64,000 bases of DNA from positions 1,792,001 through 1,856,000 of the forward strand of contig OY781066.1 in the NCBI GenBank assembly GCA_963676395.1, in the 5' to 3' direction. A model generated the notes under the pieces. That model saw only the letters and a list, made by a program, of their open reading frames with translations, was not told the DNA's origin and ran no database searches. The DNA is from a bacterium (GTDB taxonomy: Bacteria > Fidelibacterota > Fidelibacteria > Fidelibacterales > Fidelibacteraceae). A program made the translations under genes and the position numbers. Positions 10,648-20,344 of the stretch are shown in pieces. How positions within the stretch are numbered: the first letter of the stretch is position 1; each line of letters opens with the position of its first letter.

Positions 10648-11265
10648 ATGAAACGTTTCGTTATTGTATTATTGGCAATAGCAATGGCAACTTTTGCTTT
10701 TGCTGGGGGCTCTTGCTTTAAAATGTATTTGAATGGTGGTGTAAATGAACCGGGTATGGTTGGTTCTGCAGCTTTTGCTTATAATCATAACCCTGTTGAG
10801 ACAGGTTTTGATGTTAAATTAGGTATTAGAAAACACTTAAAAGATTATTTTGAAATGCCCGAAGCATTACCTCTAGAAGTACAGTTGGGTCTTGGTTTTC
10901 AGATGAATGCAGAAAAAGCTACTGCAGCTGAAGATCTCATGGCTTTTACATTTAATGCTGATTTGTTGTATCCTATTGATCAAGTAGTATGTATTCCGGT
11001 TATTGATATTTCTCCATTTATTGGTTTATCGTATGACTTGCATTTATATCGTGATTGGGATGGTACCAGTGCTCAGTGGAATGCTCATTTGATAGGTGTT
11101 CAAGCTGGTGTTATGTTTGATCTTGACTTGACTGAACGTCTTGCTGTAGAATTGGTTCTTGCCAACCCATTTAATTTCGATGTCTCAGGAAACATTCCAC
11201 AGGTAGTTACCTCACAAGCATATGCTAACGTAGGTCTGTCTTATGTATTTGGCGGAAACAAATAA
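10648..11265 (+). CDS. Probable small outer-membrane beta-barrel protein
   Basis: GAGGAG RBS, signal peptide MKRFVIVLLAIAMATFAFA, alternating beta-strands, terminal YANVGLSYVF. Confidence 0.65.
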   Translation: MKRFVIVLLAIAMATFAFAGGSCFKMYLNGGVNEPGMVGSAAFAYNHNPVETGFDVKLGIRKHLKDYFEMPEALPLEVQLGLGFQMNAEKATAAEDLMAFTFNADLLYPIDQVVCIPVIDISPFIGLSYDLHLYRDWDGTSAQWNAHLIGVQAGVMFDLDLTERLAVELVLANPFNFDVSGNIPQVVTSQAYANVGLSYVFGGNK

Positions 11266-11286
11266 GATATTTTAGATTTATTATTT

Positions 11287-11311
11287 AGCCCCGCATGTCG
11301 GGGCTTTTTTT
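11287..11311 (+). terminator. Intrinsic terminator
   Basis: agccccg-catgt-cggggct followed by a T-run. Confidence 0.8.
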
Positions 11312-11380
11312 ATACCCTGAAAAACATTTTTTTTATGCCTGAAATGTGTATATTTACATACTTAAAATAGGAGCTTGAAA

Positions 11381-12748
11381 ATGAATGAATTTATTTTCCG
11401 TGAATATGATATACGCGGTATCGTAAAAGAAGATTTTACCGATGATGTGGTTATAAGCTTAGGTAAAGGATTTGGAACCTGGTTGATTCGTCATGGGGCC
11501 AAAAAACTCGTATTAAGTGGTGATATTAGAGTTACAACTCCAAGATTAAAAGAATTATTTGCCAAAGGAGCAATGTTAACAGGTTTAGATGTGATGGATA
11601 TAGGAATTTTACCTACACCTCTTAACTATTATTCTCAATTTGTACTACCTGCCGAAGCCGCTTGCCAGATCACCGGTTCACATAATCCTCCTGAATTTAA
11701 TGGCTTTAAACTATCCTATGAACAACAAGCTTTTTATGGACCGCAGATTCAAGAGATAAAAGAATTGATTCTTGCCGGTGATTTTGAAGAAGGCGAAGGA
11801 AAATTCTCAACAGATGATTCAATTAAGGAACGATATTTAAAAGAAGTTAAAGAAAAGATCAATGTTGAAAGAAAGCTTAAAGTGGTTGTTGATTCGGGTA
11901 ATGCTGCCGGCGGCTTAGTTGCCCCCGAATTATTTAAATCTCTGAATGTCGAGTTGACTGAACTATATTCTGAAATTGATGGTTCATTTCCGAATCACCA
12001 TCCCGATCCGACTGTCGAAAAAAATATAGCCGATCTGATTGATTTAATGAAAACAGGTAAATATGATGTGGGTATTGCTTATGATGGTGATGCGGATAGA
12101 GTTGGTGTTGTGGATAATAAAGGTAGAATTATTTGGGCTGATCAGCTGATGGCTTTGTTCCTACCGGAAGTTATCAAAGAAAAAGATACTCCTATTGTAT
12201 TCGATGTGAAATGCTCACAGGTTCTTGAAGATGAAGTTCGTAGAAACGGTGGAAAGCCTATTATGTGGAGAACCGGACATAGTGTATTAAAGCAGAAAAT
12301 GAAAGAGCTTAAAGGACCCTTTGGTGGTGAAATGAGCGGGCATATTTTCTTTGCTGATGATTATTATGGCTTTGATGACGCTATCTATGTTTCTGCCAGA
12401 CTTGTACAAATGGTTTCTCGCTCAGATAAAGAATTATCAGAATACTTGGATGAACTTCCAAAGTTTGTTTCAACACCTGAAATTAGACTTAATGCCGAAT
12501 CTGATCAGGTTAAGTTTGATATTGCCGATAAAGCATTCAAATATTTCTCAGAGAATTATGACTGTATAACAGTAGATGGTGTACGAATTCGTTTTGATGA
12601 TGGCTGGGGATTGGTAAGGGCATCTAACACACAACCTGTGATCGTAACGCGTTTTGAAGCCAATTCTACAGAAGCTCTTGAGCGTATTCAAAAACTGGTT
12701 ATGGATAAATTATCAGAATATGGAACTCTAACGGAAGACAGTCACTAA
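11381..12748 (+). CDS. Phosphomannomutase/phosphoglucomutase
   Basis: FREYDIRG, ITGSHNP (phospho-Ser), DGDADR, GEMSGH, RASNTQP. Confidence 0.95.
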   Translation: MNEFIFREYDIRGIVKEDFTDDVVISLGKGFGTWLIRHGAKKLVLSGDIRVTTPRLKELFAKGAMLTGLDVMDIGILPTPLNYYSQFVLPAEAACQITGSHNPPEFNGFKLSYEQQAFYGPQIQEIKELILAGDFEEGEGKFSTDDSIKERYLKEVKEKINVERKLKVVVDSGNAAGGLVAPELFKSLNVELTELYSEIDGSFPNHHPDPTVEKNIADLIDLMKTGKYDVGIAYDGDADRVGVVDNKGRIIWADQLMALFLPEVIKEKDTPIVFDVKCSQVLEDEVRRNGGKPIMWRTGHSVLKQKMKELKGPFGGEMSGHIFFADDYYGFDDAIYVSARLVQMVSRSDKELSEYLDELPKFVSTPEIRLNAESDQVKFDIADKAFKYFSENYDCITVDGVRIRFDDGWGLVRASNTQPVIVTRFEANSTEALERIQKLVMDKLSEYGTLTEDSH

Positions 12749-13729
12749 GTGTTTAAGAAATTTTATCAGGAATATATTCCTGTATTCAGGAAAGAATATG
12801 AGGGTAGCGTTGTTAAAACGCTTCCTCTCTCATTCTATCAACCCATAGCATATACATTAAGGAATCCCGGGAAACAAATTCGTCCTGCCGTTTTAAGTGC
12901 TGTATACTCTTCCTTGACAGATAGCCATATAAACAGATCATTACCTGCGGCGCTTGCTGTCGAAATGGTCCATAACTTTACGTTGTTGCATGATGATATC
13001 ATGGATGGTGATGTTATGCGACATGGTAAACCCACTGTGAATGCAAAATGGGATGATAACACCGCGATACTTGCCGGTGACGGCCTTTTTGTTGTCGCTT
13101 TAGAACAACTGAATGCTTATAGAGATAATCCATCCTTATACGCTAAATTAATGCCGGCATTGCTTTCAGCTGTTATTTCCGTATCTGAAGGGCAAGCAGA
13201 TGATCTTGAATTTGAAGATCGAGATGATGTAAGTTTAGACAATTATCTTCAGATGGTTTTAAATAAAACGGCTAAACTTCTATCTGTTTCGGCAAAACTA
13301 GGTGCATGCCTTGCGGGAGCTGATGAAAAAACATGTATGTTGGTTGAAAATATCTTCAATGAACTTGGCATAATATTTCAAATTCAGGACGACCTACTTG
13401 AATTGACAGCCAGTGAAGAAACCATGGGAAAAAGCTTGGGTTCCGATCTTGTTAAGAAAAAGAAAACATATCCATTTTTGTATGCTAAAGAAAATTTGGA
13501 TATTAATAACTGGAATAAATTTGTGGCCACTATTGATAAAGTATTTATTGAGGCACATGGAGTTCACCCGGCAATTCGGATCTTGGAAGAAAATTTAGTA
13601 TTTGATAGAATTCATGAACTTATTAAATTAAGGCATGTTACTATTCAAGAAATGATAAACAAACTTCCATCTGGAAGTCAAAAAATGTTCAACTCTATTG
13701 TTGAATTCATTATGAACAGGAAACATTAA
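12749..13729 (+). CDS. Polyprenyl diphosphate synthase
   Basis: GKQIRP, LLHDDIMD, KTA, FQIQDDLLE. Confidence 0.9.
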   Translation: MFKKFYQEYIPVFRKEYEGSVVKTLPLSFYQPIAYTLRNPGKQIRPAVLSAVYSSLTDSHINRSLPAALAVEMVHNFTLLHDDIMDGDVMRHGKPTVNAKWDDNTAILAGDGLFVVALEQLNAYRDNPSLYAKLMPALLSAVISVSEGQADDLEFEDRDDVSLDNYLQMVLNKTAKLLSVSAKLGACLAGADEKTCMLVENIFNELGIIFQIQDDLLELTASEETMGKSLGSDLVKKKKTYPFLYAKENLDINNWNKFVATIDKVFIEAHGVHPAIRILEENLVFDRIHELIKLRHVTIQEMINKLPSGSQKMFNSIVEFIMNRKH

Positions 13730-14004
13730 TGGTAAGTAAAGAAGTTACGATTATTAATAAACAAGGGTTGCATGCCAGACCTGCTACAGCTATGGTAAAT
13801 ACAGCAGCTCGGTTTAAATCTGAAATCTTTATCTGTAGAGATGAAAAAAAAGTTAACGGCAAATCTATTCTTGGCTTACTTGTTCTTGCTGCCGAGAACG
13901 GAGCGGTTCTAAAGATCGAAGCAAGTGGTCCTGATGAAGAGGAAGCTGTTAATGCGCTCGTAGAATTGGTCAATGATCATTTTGGGATGGGCGAAAATAT
14001 TTAA
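13729..14004 (+). CDS. ptsH: PTS phosphocarrier HPr
   Basis: GLHARP (His15) and KSILG (Ser46). Confidence 0.95.
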   Translation: MVSKEVTIINKQGLHARPATAMVNTAARFKSEIFICRDEKKVNGKSILGLLVLAAENGAVLKIEASGPDEEEAVNALVELVNDHFGMGENI

Positions 14005-14011
14005 GGTCCAT

Positions 14012-15763
14012 ATGACTAAGCATGAGGAAATAAACCTGATTCAGGGTAAATCGGCATCTTCGGGGATTGCGATCGCATCGGCATATGTCCGAAAACTTGA
14101 TCAAGAAATGATCATTCCCCGAACTTTAATACCTGCCGATAAAATAGTCGACGAGATGAAACGACTGGAAGAAGCTCGTGAACTGGTTTGTGATGAGCTT
14201 GAATTTGTAAGAGATAAGATCAAAGAGCGTCTTGGGACATCTTACAGTGATATTATTTCTGCGCAATTAGCTATAGTTAAAGACGAAGAGCTTTACCGTG
14301 AAGTACAAGCCTACATTGAAGAACATCATGTAAATATAGCTTTTGCCTTTAAGGTGGTTGTTAATCAATATGTTGAAATTTTTGAAGATCAGGAGTCGGA
14401 ATACTTTAAAGAAAGACTTGCTGATATTAAAGATATCAAACAACGAATTCTTCGTGCAATTTTATCTAAGAAAACAGTCCTTTCCTCTTTTGGTATAGAT
14501 AAACCAACAATTTTTATTTCAAGAGATCTAAGTCCTACGGATATTGTTATGTTGGTATCTGAAAACGTTGTGGGTTTTGTTACCGAATTTGGAGGTATGA
14601 CCTCACATGTTTCCATTCTTGCTAGAGCGATGAAAGTACCTATGATCACGGGTGCTCGAGATGCGCTTCAAAGCATTGAATCAGGTGAAAATCTTATTCT
14701 CGACGCAAATGCCGGTAAAGTATTCATTCGTCCCTCAGAAGAACTTTTAGATGAGTATAAACGTGAAATACTTCAGTTGACACGCAAAGATGAGATATTT
14801 CGGGCAGATTTTCATAAACAGGCGGCGACAAAAGATGGGTATAAGATCAAGTTGGGTGCTAATATTTCTTTACCACTTGAAGTGGATGATGTAAAGAAAT
14901 ACGGTGGAAAAGGCATTGGTTTATATCGAACGGAATATTTTTATTTAATGAAGCAACGACTTCCAAGGGAAGAAGAGCTTTTTAAAGAATACAGACAAGT
15001 TGTTGAAGGCATGGATGGAAAAGAAGTTGTGATCAGAACCATCGATTTGGGTGGTGATAAAATGTCCTCTTTGATTGAACAAGATGTTCGCAATGAATCA
15101 AATCCCTTTATGGGCTATCGTGCTATTCGAATCTGTTTGGATCAGCCTGAACTTTTTATTACTCAGTTGAGAGCCATTTTAAGAGCATCTGCTTTTGGTA
15201 AAGTATCAATACTTATTCCGATGATTACACATCTGGAAGAATTAACCGAAAGTATAAAAATGATTGAGGATGTGAAACGTGAACTTATAAATGAGAAGAT
15301 CCCCTTCGATAACACTATACGTATCGGCATGATGGTTGAAACGCCATCTGCGGTTATGAATATTGAGACCTTTGCAAAGAAGGTTGACTTTTTCTCCATT
15401 GGTACTAATGACCTTACTCAGTACTGTTTGGTTGTAGATAGGGGAAATGAGAAAGTCATTGATGTATACTCTCATTATGATCCGGCGATCATTCGAATGA
15501 TCTTAAAGGTAGTAGAAGCAGGTAAAGCTGAAGGTATCGAGGTTTTTATTTGCGGTGAAATGGCCGCAGAAAAGCGGGCGCTTGTTTTGTTTTTAGGCAT
15601 GAAGATAGATGGTCTATCCGTTGCACCTCAGTACATAGGTGAAGTGAGAGACCGAATATCCAACTGCGAACAAAAAACAGCGGAAAAACACCTGGATGCT
15701 GTTTTAAAAATGGATACGAGAAAAGATATTCTAGATTATTTAGATAATATTCACAAACTGTAA
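14012..15763 (+). CDS. ptsI: PTS enzyme I (PEP-protein phosphotransferase)
   Basis: GGMTSHVSI, GLYRTEY, RTIDLGGDK, SIGTNDLTQY, CGEMA. Confidence 0.95.
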   Translation: MTKHEEINLIQGKSASSGIAIASAYVRKLDQEMIIPRTLIPADKIVDEMKRLEEARELVCDELEFVRDKIKERLGTSYSDIISAQLAIVKDEELYREVQAYIEEHHVNIAFAFKVVVNQYVEIFEDQESEYFKERLADIKDIKQRILRAILSKKTVLSSFGIDKPTIFISRDLSPTDIVMLVSENVVGFVTEFGGMTSHVSILARAMKVPMITGARDALQSIESGENLILDANAGKVFIRPSEELLDEYKREILQLTRKDEIFRADFHKQAATKDGYKIKLGANISLPLEVDDVKKYGGKGIGLYRTEYFYLMKQRLPREEELFKEYRQVVEGMDGKEVVIRTIDLGGDKMSSLIEQDVRNESNPFMGYRAIRICLDQPELFITQLRAILRASAFGKVSILIPMITHLEELTESIKMIEDVKRELINEKIPFDNTIRIGMMVETPSAVMNIETFAKKVDFFSIGTNDLTQYCLVVDRGNEKVIDVYSHYDPAIIRMILKVVEAGKAEGIEVFICGEMAAEKRALVLFLGMKIDGLSVAPQYIGEVRDRISNCEQKTAEKHLDAVLKMDTRKDILDYLDNIHKL

Positions 15764-15810
15764 GGCCTCAAACCTAACACGTCTGAAATAATTAATGATG
15801 ATTTAAAAAA

Positions 15811-16593
15811 TTATGCAGTATCGTCTTGTAATGTCGATAATGCCTGACGAGCTGCCCTTTGACTGGCAGCTTTTTTAGTTGTACCTGAGCCGGTACCCAA
15901 CCATTCTTTACCTACCAAAACAGAGATCTCAAAATATTTTCCATGCGCAGGTCCTTCTTCGTGAGTTGTAACGAATTTTGGCATTTCAAGACCATGTTGT
16001 TGACAGAATTCTAAAAGCTTCCCTTTATAGTTTTGGATCTCGGCTGCGGGAAGGAGGCGTTTATGCTTTGAAAGTAATGTTTGATAAGTAAAATTATAGG
16101 CGGCTTTAAAACCACCATCCAAATATAAGGCACCAACGAAAGATTCGTAGATATCGCATAGTATAGACGATGAGTTTCTTAGATTATCGTTTTCACCACT
16201 TTTACCAAGAAGAAGGAATTGTCCAAAATGCAAACCTCTTGCAATAGAAGCCAAGGTTGTGCGATTGACCAATTTAGCTCTCATTTGTGTAAGTTCGCCT
16301 TCTTTAGCGTTAGGGAATTGTTCGAATAAAAATCTTGTAACGATCATTTCGATGACAGCATCACCTAAGAACTCCAGTCTTTCATAGGAATCCACTTTGG
16401 TTTGTGTATCATAATCTATTGCAGAGGTATGTGTGAAAGCTTGTTTTAATAGATTTTCATCGTCAAAAGAATATGGGTAAGCGCCATGAACCTTCTTCGC
16501 AAGCTTGTGTGGCTTGCTGGGGAAGAAAGAAAAGTAAGCAGACTTTATTTTATTAAGAATATTTGCCATAATAAAATTATGCAAAAAAGACAT
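15811..16593 (-). CDS. rnc: Ribonuclease III
   Basis: YERLEFLGDAV signature and C-terminal dsRBD; the start may be 16569. Confidence 0.95.
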   Translation of the reverse strand: MSFLHNFIMANILNKIKSAYFSFFPSKPHKLAKKVHGAYPYSFDDENLLKQAFTHTSAIDYDTQTKVDSYERLEFLGDAVIEMIVTRFLFEQFPNAKEGELTQMRAKLVNRTTLASIARGLHFGQFLLLGKSGENDNLRNSSSILCDIYESFVGALYLDGGFKAAYNFTYQTLLSKHKRLLPAAEIQNYKGKLLEFCQQHGLEMPKFVTTHEEGPAHGKYFEISVLVGKEWLGTGSGTTKKAASQRAARQALSTLQDDTA

Positions 16594-16637
16594 AAGAACG
16601 ATAAATCGTTCTTATGGTCTAATAAGCAAAAAATATT

Positions 16638-16820
16638 CTAATTTTCTTTTGGCGTAATTACCGGGCGACCTTTGTAATATCCACAATGAGGACATACATG
16701 ATGAGGCATTTTTGGTTGTCCACAATGTTCACATGTAGAAACGGTTGCAGCTTTGAACTTATAGTGAGTTCTGCGTTTCGCACCGCGTGTATGAGACAAT
16801 CTTCGTTTTGGGTTAGCCAT
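16638..16820 (-). CDS. rpmF: 50S ribosomal protein L32
   Basis: MANPKRRLS..RGAKRRTH, CxxC...CxxCGYYKG. Confidence 0.95.
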   Translation of the reverse strand: MANPKRRLSHTRGAKRRTHYKFKAATVSTCEHCGQPKMPHHVCPHCGYYKGRPVITPKEN

Positions 16821-17332
16821 TATTCCTCCGCACTTTCAAGCGTTTTTCTGAGTTCTTTCAATGAATCCCATCTGGGATCTGTTTTTTCTTTTTTACAGGT
16901 ACATTTCTCTTTATTCAGGTTTGCACCGCATCCGGCACACATACCTTTGCAAGAATCCGAACAAAGTTTCTTGAAAGGTATGCTCAATTGAATTGTATCT
17001 TGAATATAAGGTTTGATATCTATTTCGATATCCTGAGGTTCAAGATACATAATGTGATCATCTTTATCGACATTCTCTTCAGAAGTGTAAATGACTTCGA
17101 AATTCTGGTCTATCTTTTGCTTGTAAGAACCCAGGCAACGATCACATTGCAGTTCGATAAGTGTAGAGAAACTTCCTTTTATGGTATAGCTTTCTCCTGT
17201 TTGATATATAGATGCATGTACCTTCACATCTTCCCTTAATTCGGGTATATCAAATGACTCCTTATCACCTGAAAATTCAAAGAGCTTTTTATCAGCACAA
17301 ATATGTGATATCAAAATTTTCATAGCCTGCAA
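16820..17332 (-). CDS. yceD: YceD/DUF177 family protein
   Basis: CDRCL, LCSDSCKGMCAGCGANLN, DPRW; directly upstream of rpmF. Confidence 0.9.
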   Translation of the reverse strand: MQAMKILISHICADKKLFEFSGDKESFDIPELREDVKVHASIYQTGESYTIKGSFSTLIELQCDRCLGSYKQKIDQNFEVIYTSEENVDKDDHIMYLEPQDIEIDIKPYIQDTIQLSIPFKKLCSDSCKGMCAGCGANLNKEKCTCKKEKTDPRWDSLKELRKTLESAEE

Positions 17333-17476
17333 AGATAAAACAGAAAAGCTTCTTAGTCAAGTTATAATCAATGTAATAATAGCATATTTTTATCAATCGC
17401 AGGGTGGTTGCTTTTATATAAAAATGGACGACTTAAGAGTCGCCCATACATTTGTATTTGTAGCATTAATTAATGC

Positions 17477-18373
17477 TTAACGTATATTATCAACCCAACA
17501 ATCATCATAGGGTGTTGTGCGAACTAAAGTCGCACGATATTTATTGGCTTCGTCTCTAGTTTCAAAATGTCCTATACGTATTCTGTAATATGTTATTCCA
17601 TTCACATCTGCCGTTTGAATAAAGGCATCATAACCATCTTTTCGTAGTTTATTTTTGAGATCATTAGCATATACTTCTTTGCTTGAAGAAGCTATTTGAA
17701 TGGTATATTTAGCATATATATTTGGTGTTTTTTGGCCATCATCTTTTCTATCGACGATTTTACCATTCTCATTGATGGTTTCTGTTTTTGTTTGAGTCGT
17801 ATACTTAGGTTCTTTTTTTACTTCTTCTGGATTTTGTCCGGGAAGAGGAGCCGTTTGCCATTGATTAGGGATTTTTGTAACAGTTGTTTTTTTATGGATA
17901 ATCTGTTCTTTTATTACCGGAACTTCAATGACCTTAGGTGGTAATTTTTTTACCGGTTCTTCTTTAGTTTGTTGTTGAACCGTTCTTTGCTGCGTATTTG
18001 TCTTTTTTTGTTCTTGAGATTCGTTGTCTATGGTTGCAAGGTAATTTCCTTGAACATCTGCATTAAAGTGAAAATTTTTATTGATCACATTGCCTTCAGA
18101 AGTGATCATACTTAATCTAATGGTATATTTTCCCGGTTGATCGGGGATGAATGTAACATTAGGATGGTAATTTGATGGAATAAAATCTCGAGGGTCAAGT
18201 CTGGATGTTGCCGGCTTGGTGTCGAATGACCATTGATATTTAATTACATTGGATGGATGTCGAAAATTGTCAATATCTACTGTTGAACCCACGGCAACGG
18301 AGTTATCCATAGAACATCCAATTAACATGAGCAAAGACGTAATGATCAACAGAAATTTCTGGTATCCGGACAT
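17477..18373 (-). CDS. SPOR-domain lipoprotein with a PKD/Ig-like N-terminal domain
   Basis: Lipobox LIGC, YQWSF..P...FIPDQPGKY, C-terminal YTIQIAS...YYRIRIGHF SPOR domain. ATG at 18373 follows GGAGG. Confidence 0.8.
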   Translation of the reverse strand: MSGYQKFLLIITSLLMLIGCSMDNSVAVGSTVDIDNFRHPSNVIKYQWSFDTKPATSRLDPRDFIPSNYHPNVTFIPDQPGKYTIRLSMITSEGNVINKNFHFNADVQGNYLATIDNESQEQKKTNTQQRTVQQQTKEEPVKKLPPKVIEVPVIKEQIIHKKTTVTKIPNQWQTAPLPGQNPEEVKKEPKYTTQTKTETINENGKIVDRKDDGQKTPNIYAKYTIQIASSSKEVYANDLKNKLRKDGYDAFIQTADVNGITYYRIRIGHFETRDEANKYRATLVRTTPYDDCWVDNIR

Positions 18374-18413
18374 AAAACCTCCAAATATGTACTTTCCATA
18401 TAATTTTGTGTAT

Positions 18414-18812
18414 TTAAAAGAAAAACGCAATCTCTTTTTTTGCATTTTCCTGAGAGTCCGAACCATGCATTGCATTGCGTCTGTTATTTTCACCATACTT
18501 GTTTCGGATGGTTCCTTCAAGGGCCTCCGGGGAATTAGTTGCTCCCAAAAGATCACGCAGATCTTGAATTGCGTTCTCTTTTTCCAGCACTAAAACAACA
18601 ATAGAACCGCTGATCATAAATTTGACCAACGGTTCATAGAATTCTCTACCTTTATGAACAGCGTAAAATGCTTCAGCTTGTTCTTGTGTTAGCGTTAACA
18701 TTTTCATTGCCATGATCTCAAATCCGGCATCTAATATGTCGTTAATAATGAGTCCCTGAACTTTTTTTTCAAGAGCATCGGGTTTAATCATTGCAAGTGT
18801 CTGTTCTTTCAT
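18414..18812 (-). CDS. ndk: Nucleoside diphosphate kinase
   Basis: TLAMIKPDA, GATN, GTIR, NAMHGSDS. Confidence 0.97.
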   Translation of the reverse strand: MKEQTLAMIKPDALEKKVQGLIINDILDAGFEIMAMKMLTLTQEQAEAFYAVHKGREFYEPLVKFMISGSIVVLVLEKENAIQDLRDLLGATNSPEALEGTIRNKYGENNRRNAMHGSDSQENAKKEIAFFF

Positions 18813-18819
18813 GGTAGCC

Positions 18820-20148
18820 TTATTTTTTTATATTCTGGATCTTCTTTTTCAAAATAACTTCAAGATCCGGTTGTCCTATTTCCTGTAGATCGTAGGTTAC
18901 GCGGACAGAGGGTTTATCTATATCGATCACCCTGCGAAGATCAATGGGAGTACCAATGACAACTGCGTCGCATTCGGTTCTGCGAATTGTTTCTTCGAGG
19001 TCTTTAACCTGTTCTTCACCATAACCCATAGCAGGTAAGAGAAGTCCGATCTCGGGATACTTTTCAAATGTTTCACTTATGGTTCCAACAGTAAATGGGC
19101 GAGGATCTATAATCTCTTCGGCTCCAAATTTAACTGCTGCAACGGTTCCCGCACCATATTCCATTTCTCCATGAGTTAAGGTCGGGCCATCTTCGACGAC
19201 AAGAACTTTCTTGCCACGAATAACTGAAGGATCTTCAACGGAGATTGGAGAAGCTGCATCAACGATAATAGCATCGGGATTTGCTTCTACAATGCTCTGG
19301 CGAACTATTTCAACATCTTCATAATCAGCTGAATCAATTTTGTTGATCACAACGATATCTGACATTTTTAAATTTGTTTCACCCGGGTAATAACTAATCT
19401 CATGTCCCGGACGATGAGGATCGGCTACGGTGATAATGATGTCGGCATCATAGAATGATGTATCATTGTTACCACCGTCCCAAAGAATAACATCCGCTTC
19501 TTTTTCTGCTTCGCGAAGAATGGCTTCGTAATCGACACCGGCATAAATGATGGAACCCATCGCAATATGCGGTTCGTATTCTTCCATTTCTTCTATGGTG
19601 CATTCATGTTTTTTTAGATCATCGATACAAGCAAAGCGTTGTACTGCCTGTTTTATCAGATCGCCGTAAGGCATGGGGTGGCGGACAGAGACAACTTTTA
19701 GTCCCATATCCTTTAAGATGTTAACCACACGACGAGTTGTCTGTGATTTGCCGCATCCGGTTCTCACTGCGTTAATAGCGATCACGGGTTTGCTTGATTT
19801 AAGCATAGTCCGTTTTCCGCCCATCATGATGAAATCAGCGCCACAAGCATTTACTAATGCTGCTTTATGCATAACTACTTCGTGAGGAACGTCGCTATAT
19901 GAAAACACAACCTGATCGACATCATGTTTTTTAATGAGTTCCGCCAGTTCGCTTTCATCCACGATCTTTATTCCTTCGGGATAGAGAGAGCCTGCCAATT
20001 CGGCCGGATATTTACGGCCGTCAATGTCAGGAATCTGAGTTGCTGTAAAAGCAACGACCTTAAAGTCCTCATTTCCTCTGAAGAAAGTGTTAAAGTTGTG
20101 GAAATCGCGTCCTGCGGCACCCATAATGATGACGTTCGTTTGTTTCAT
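18820..20148 (-). CDS. P-loop NTPase of the cyclic 2,3-diphosphoglycerate synthetase-like / arginine synthetase (ArcE)-like family
   Basis: GAAGRDFHNFN, AVRTGCGKSQT, VRHPMPYG, WDGGNND, EDGPTLTHG, PAMGY. Confidence 0.8.
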   Translation of the reverse strand: MKQTNVIIMGAAGRDFHNFNTFFRGNEDFKVVAFTATQIPDIDGRKYPAELAGSLYPEGIKIVDESELAELIKKHDVDQVVFSYSDVPHEVVMHKAALVNACGADFIMMGGKRTMLKSSKPVIAINAVRTGCGKSQTTRRVVNILKDMGLKVVSVRHPMPYGDLIKQAVQRFACIDDLKKHECTIEEMEEYEPHIAMGSIIYAGVDYEAILREAEKEADVILWDGGNNDTSFYDADIIITVADPHRPGHEISYYPGETNLKMSDIVVINKIDSADYEDVEIVRQSIVEANPDAIIVDAASPISVEDPSVIRGKKVLVVEDGPTLTHGEMEYGAGTVAAVKFGAEEIIDPRPFTVGTISETFEKYPEIGLLLPAMGYGEEQVKDLEETIRRTECDAVVIGTPIDLRRVIDIDKPSVRVTYDLQEIGQPDLEVILKKKIQNIKK

Positions 20149-20344
20149 ACAAACCTCCTTTATAAGTAATTAAACGTATCTTTATCGGTAACCAGTAATC
20201 ACTGACCAGTGAACAGTGATCGGAAATAGAGAAAATACTCTTTTCTGATACACGGTATTCTGGTTTTTGATATCATAATATTTCAAATAGCTTTTGGGGA
20301 TTTTACTCCCATATATATAAAGGGTTAGCCCCTAATATATCGAA

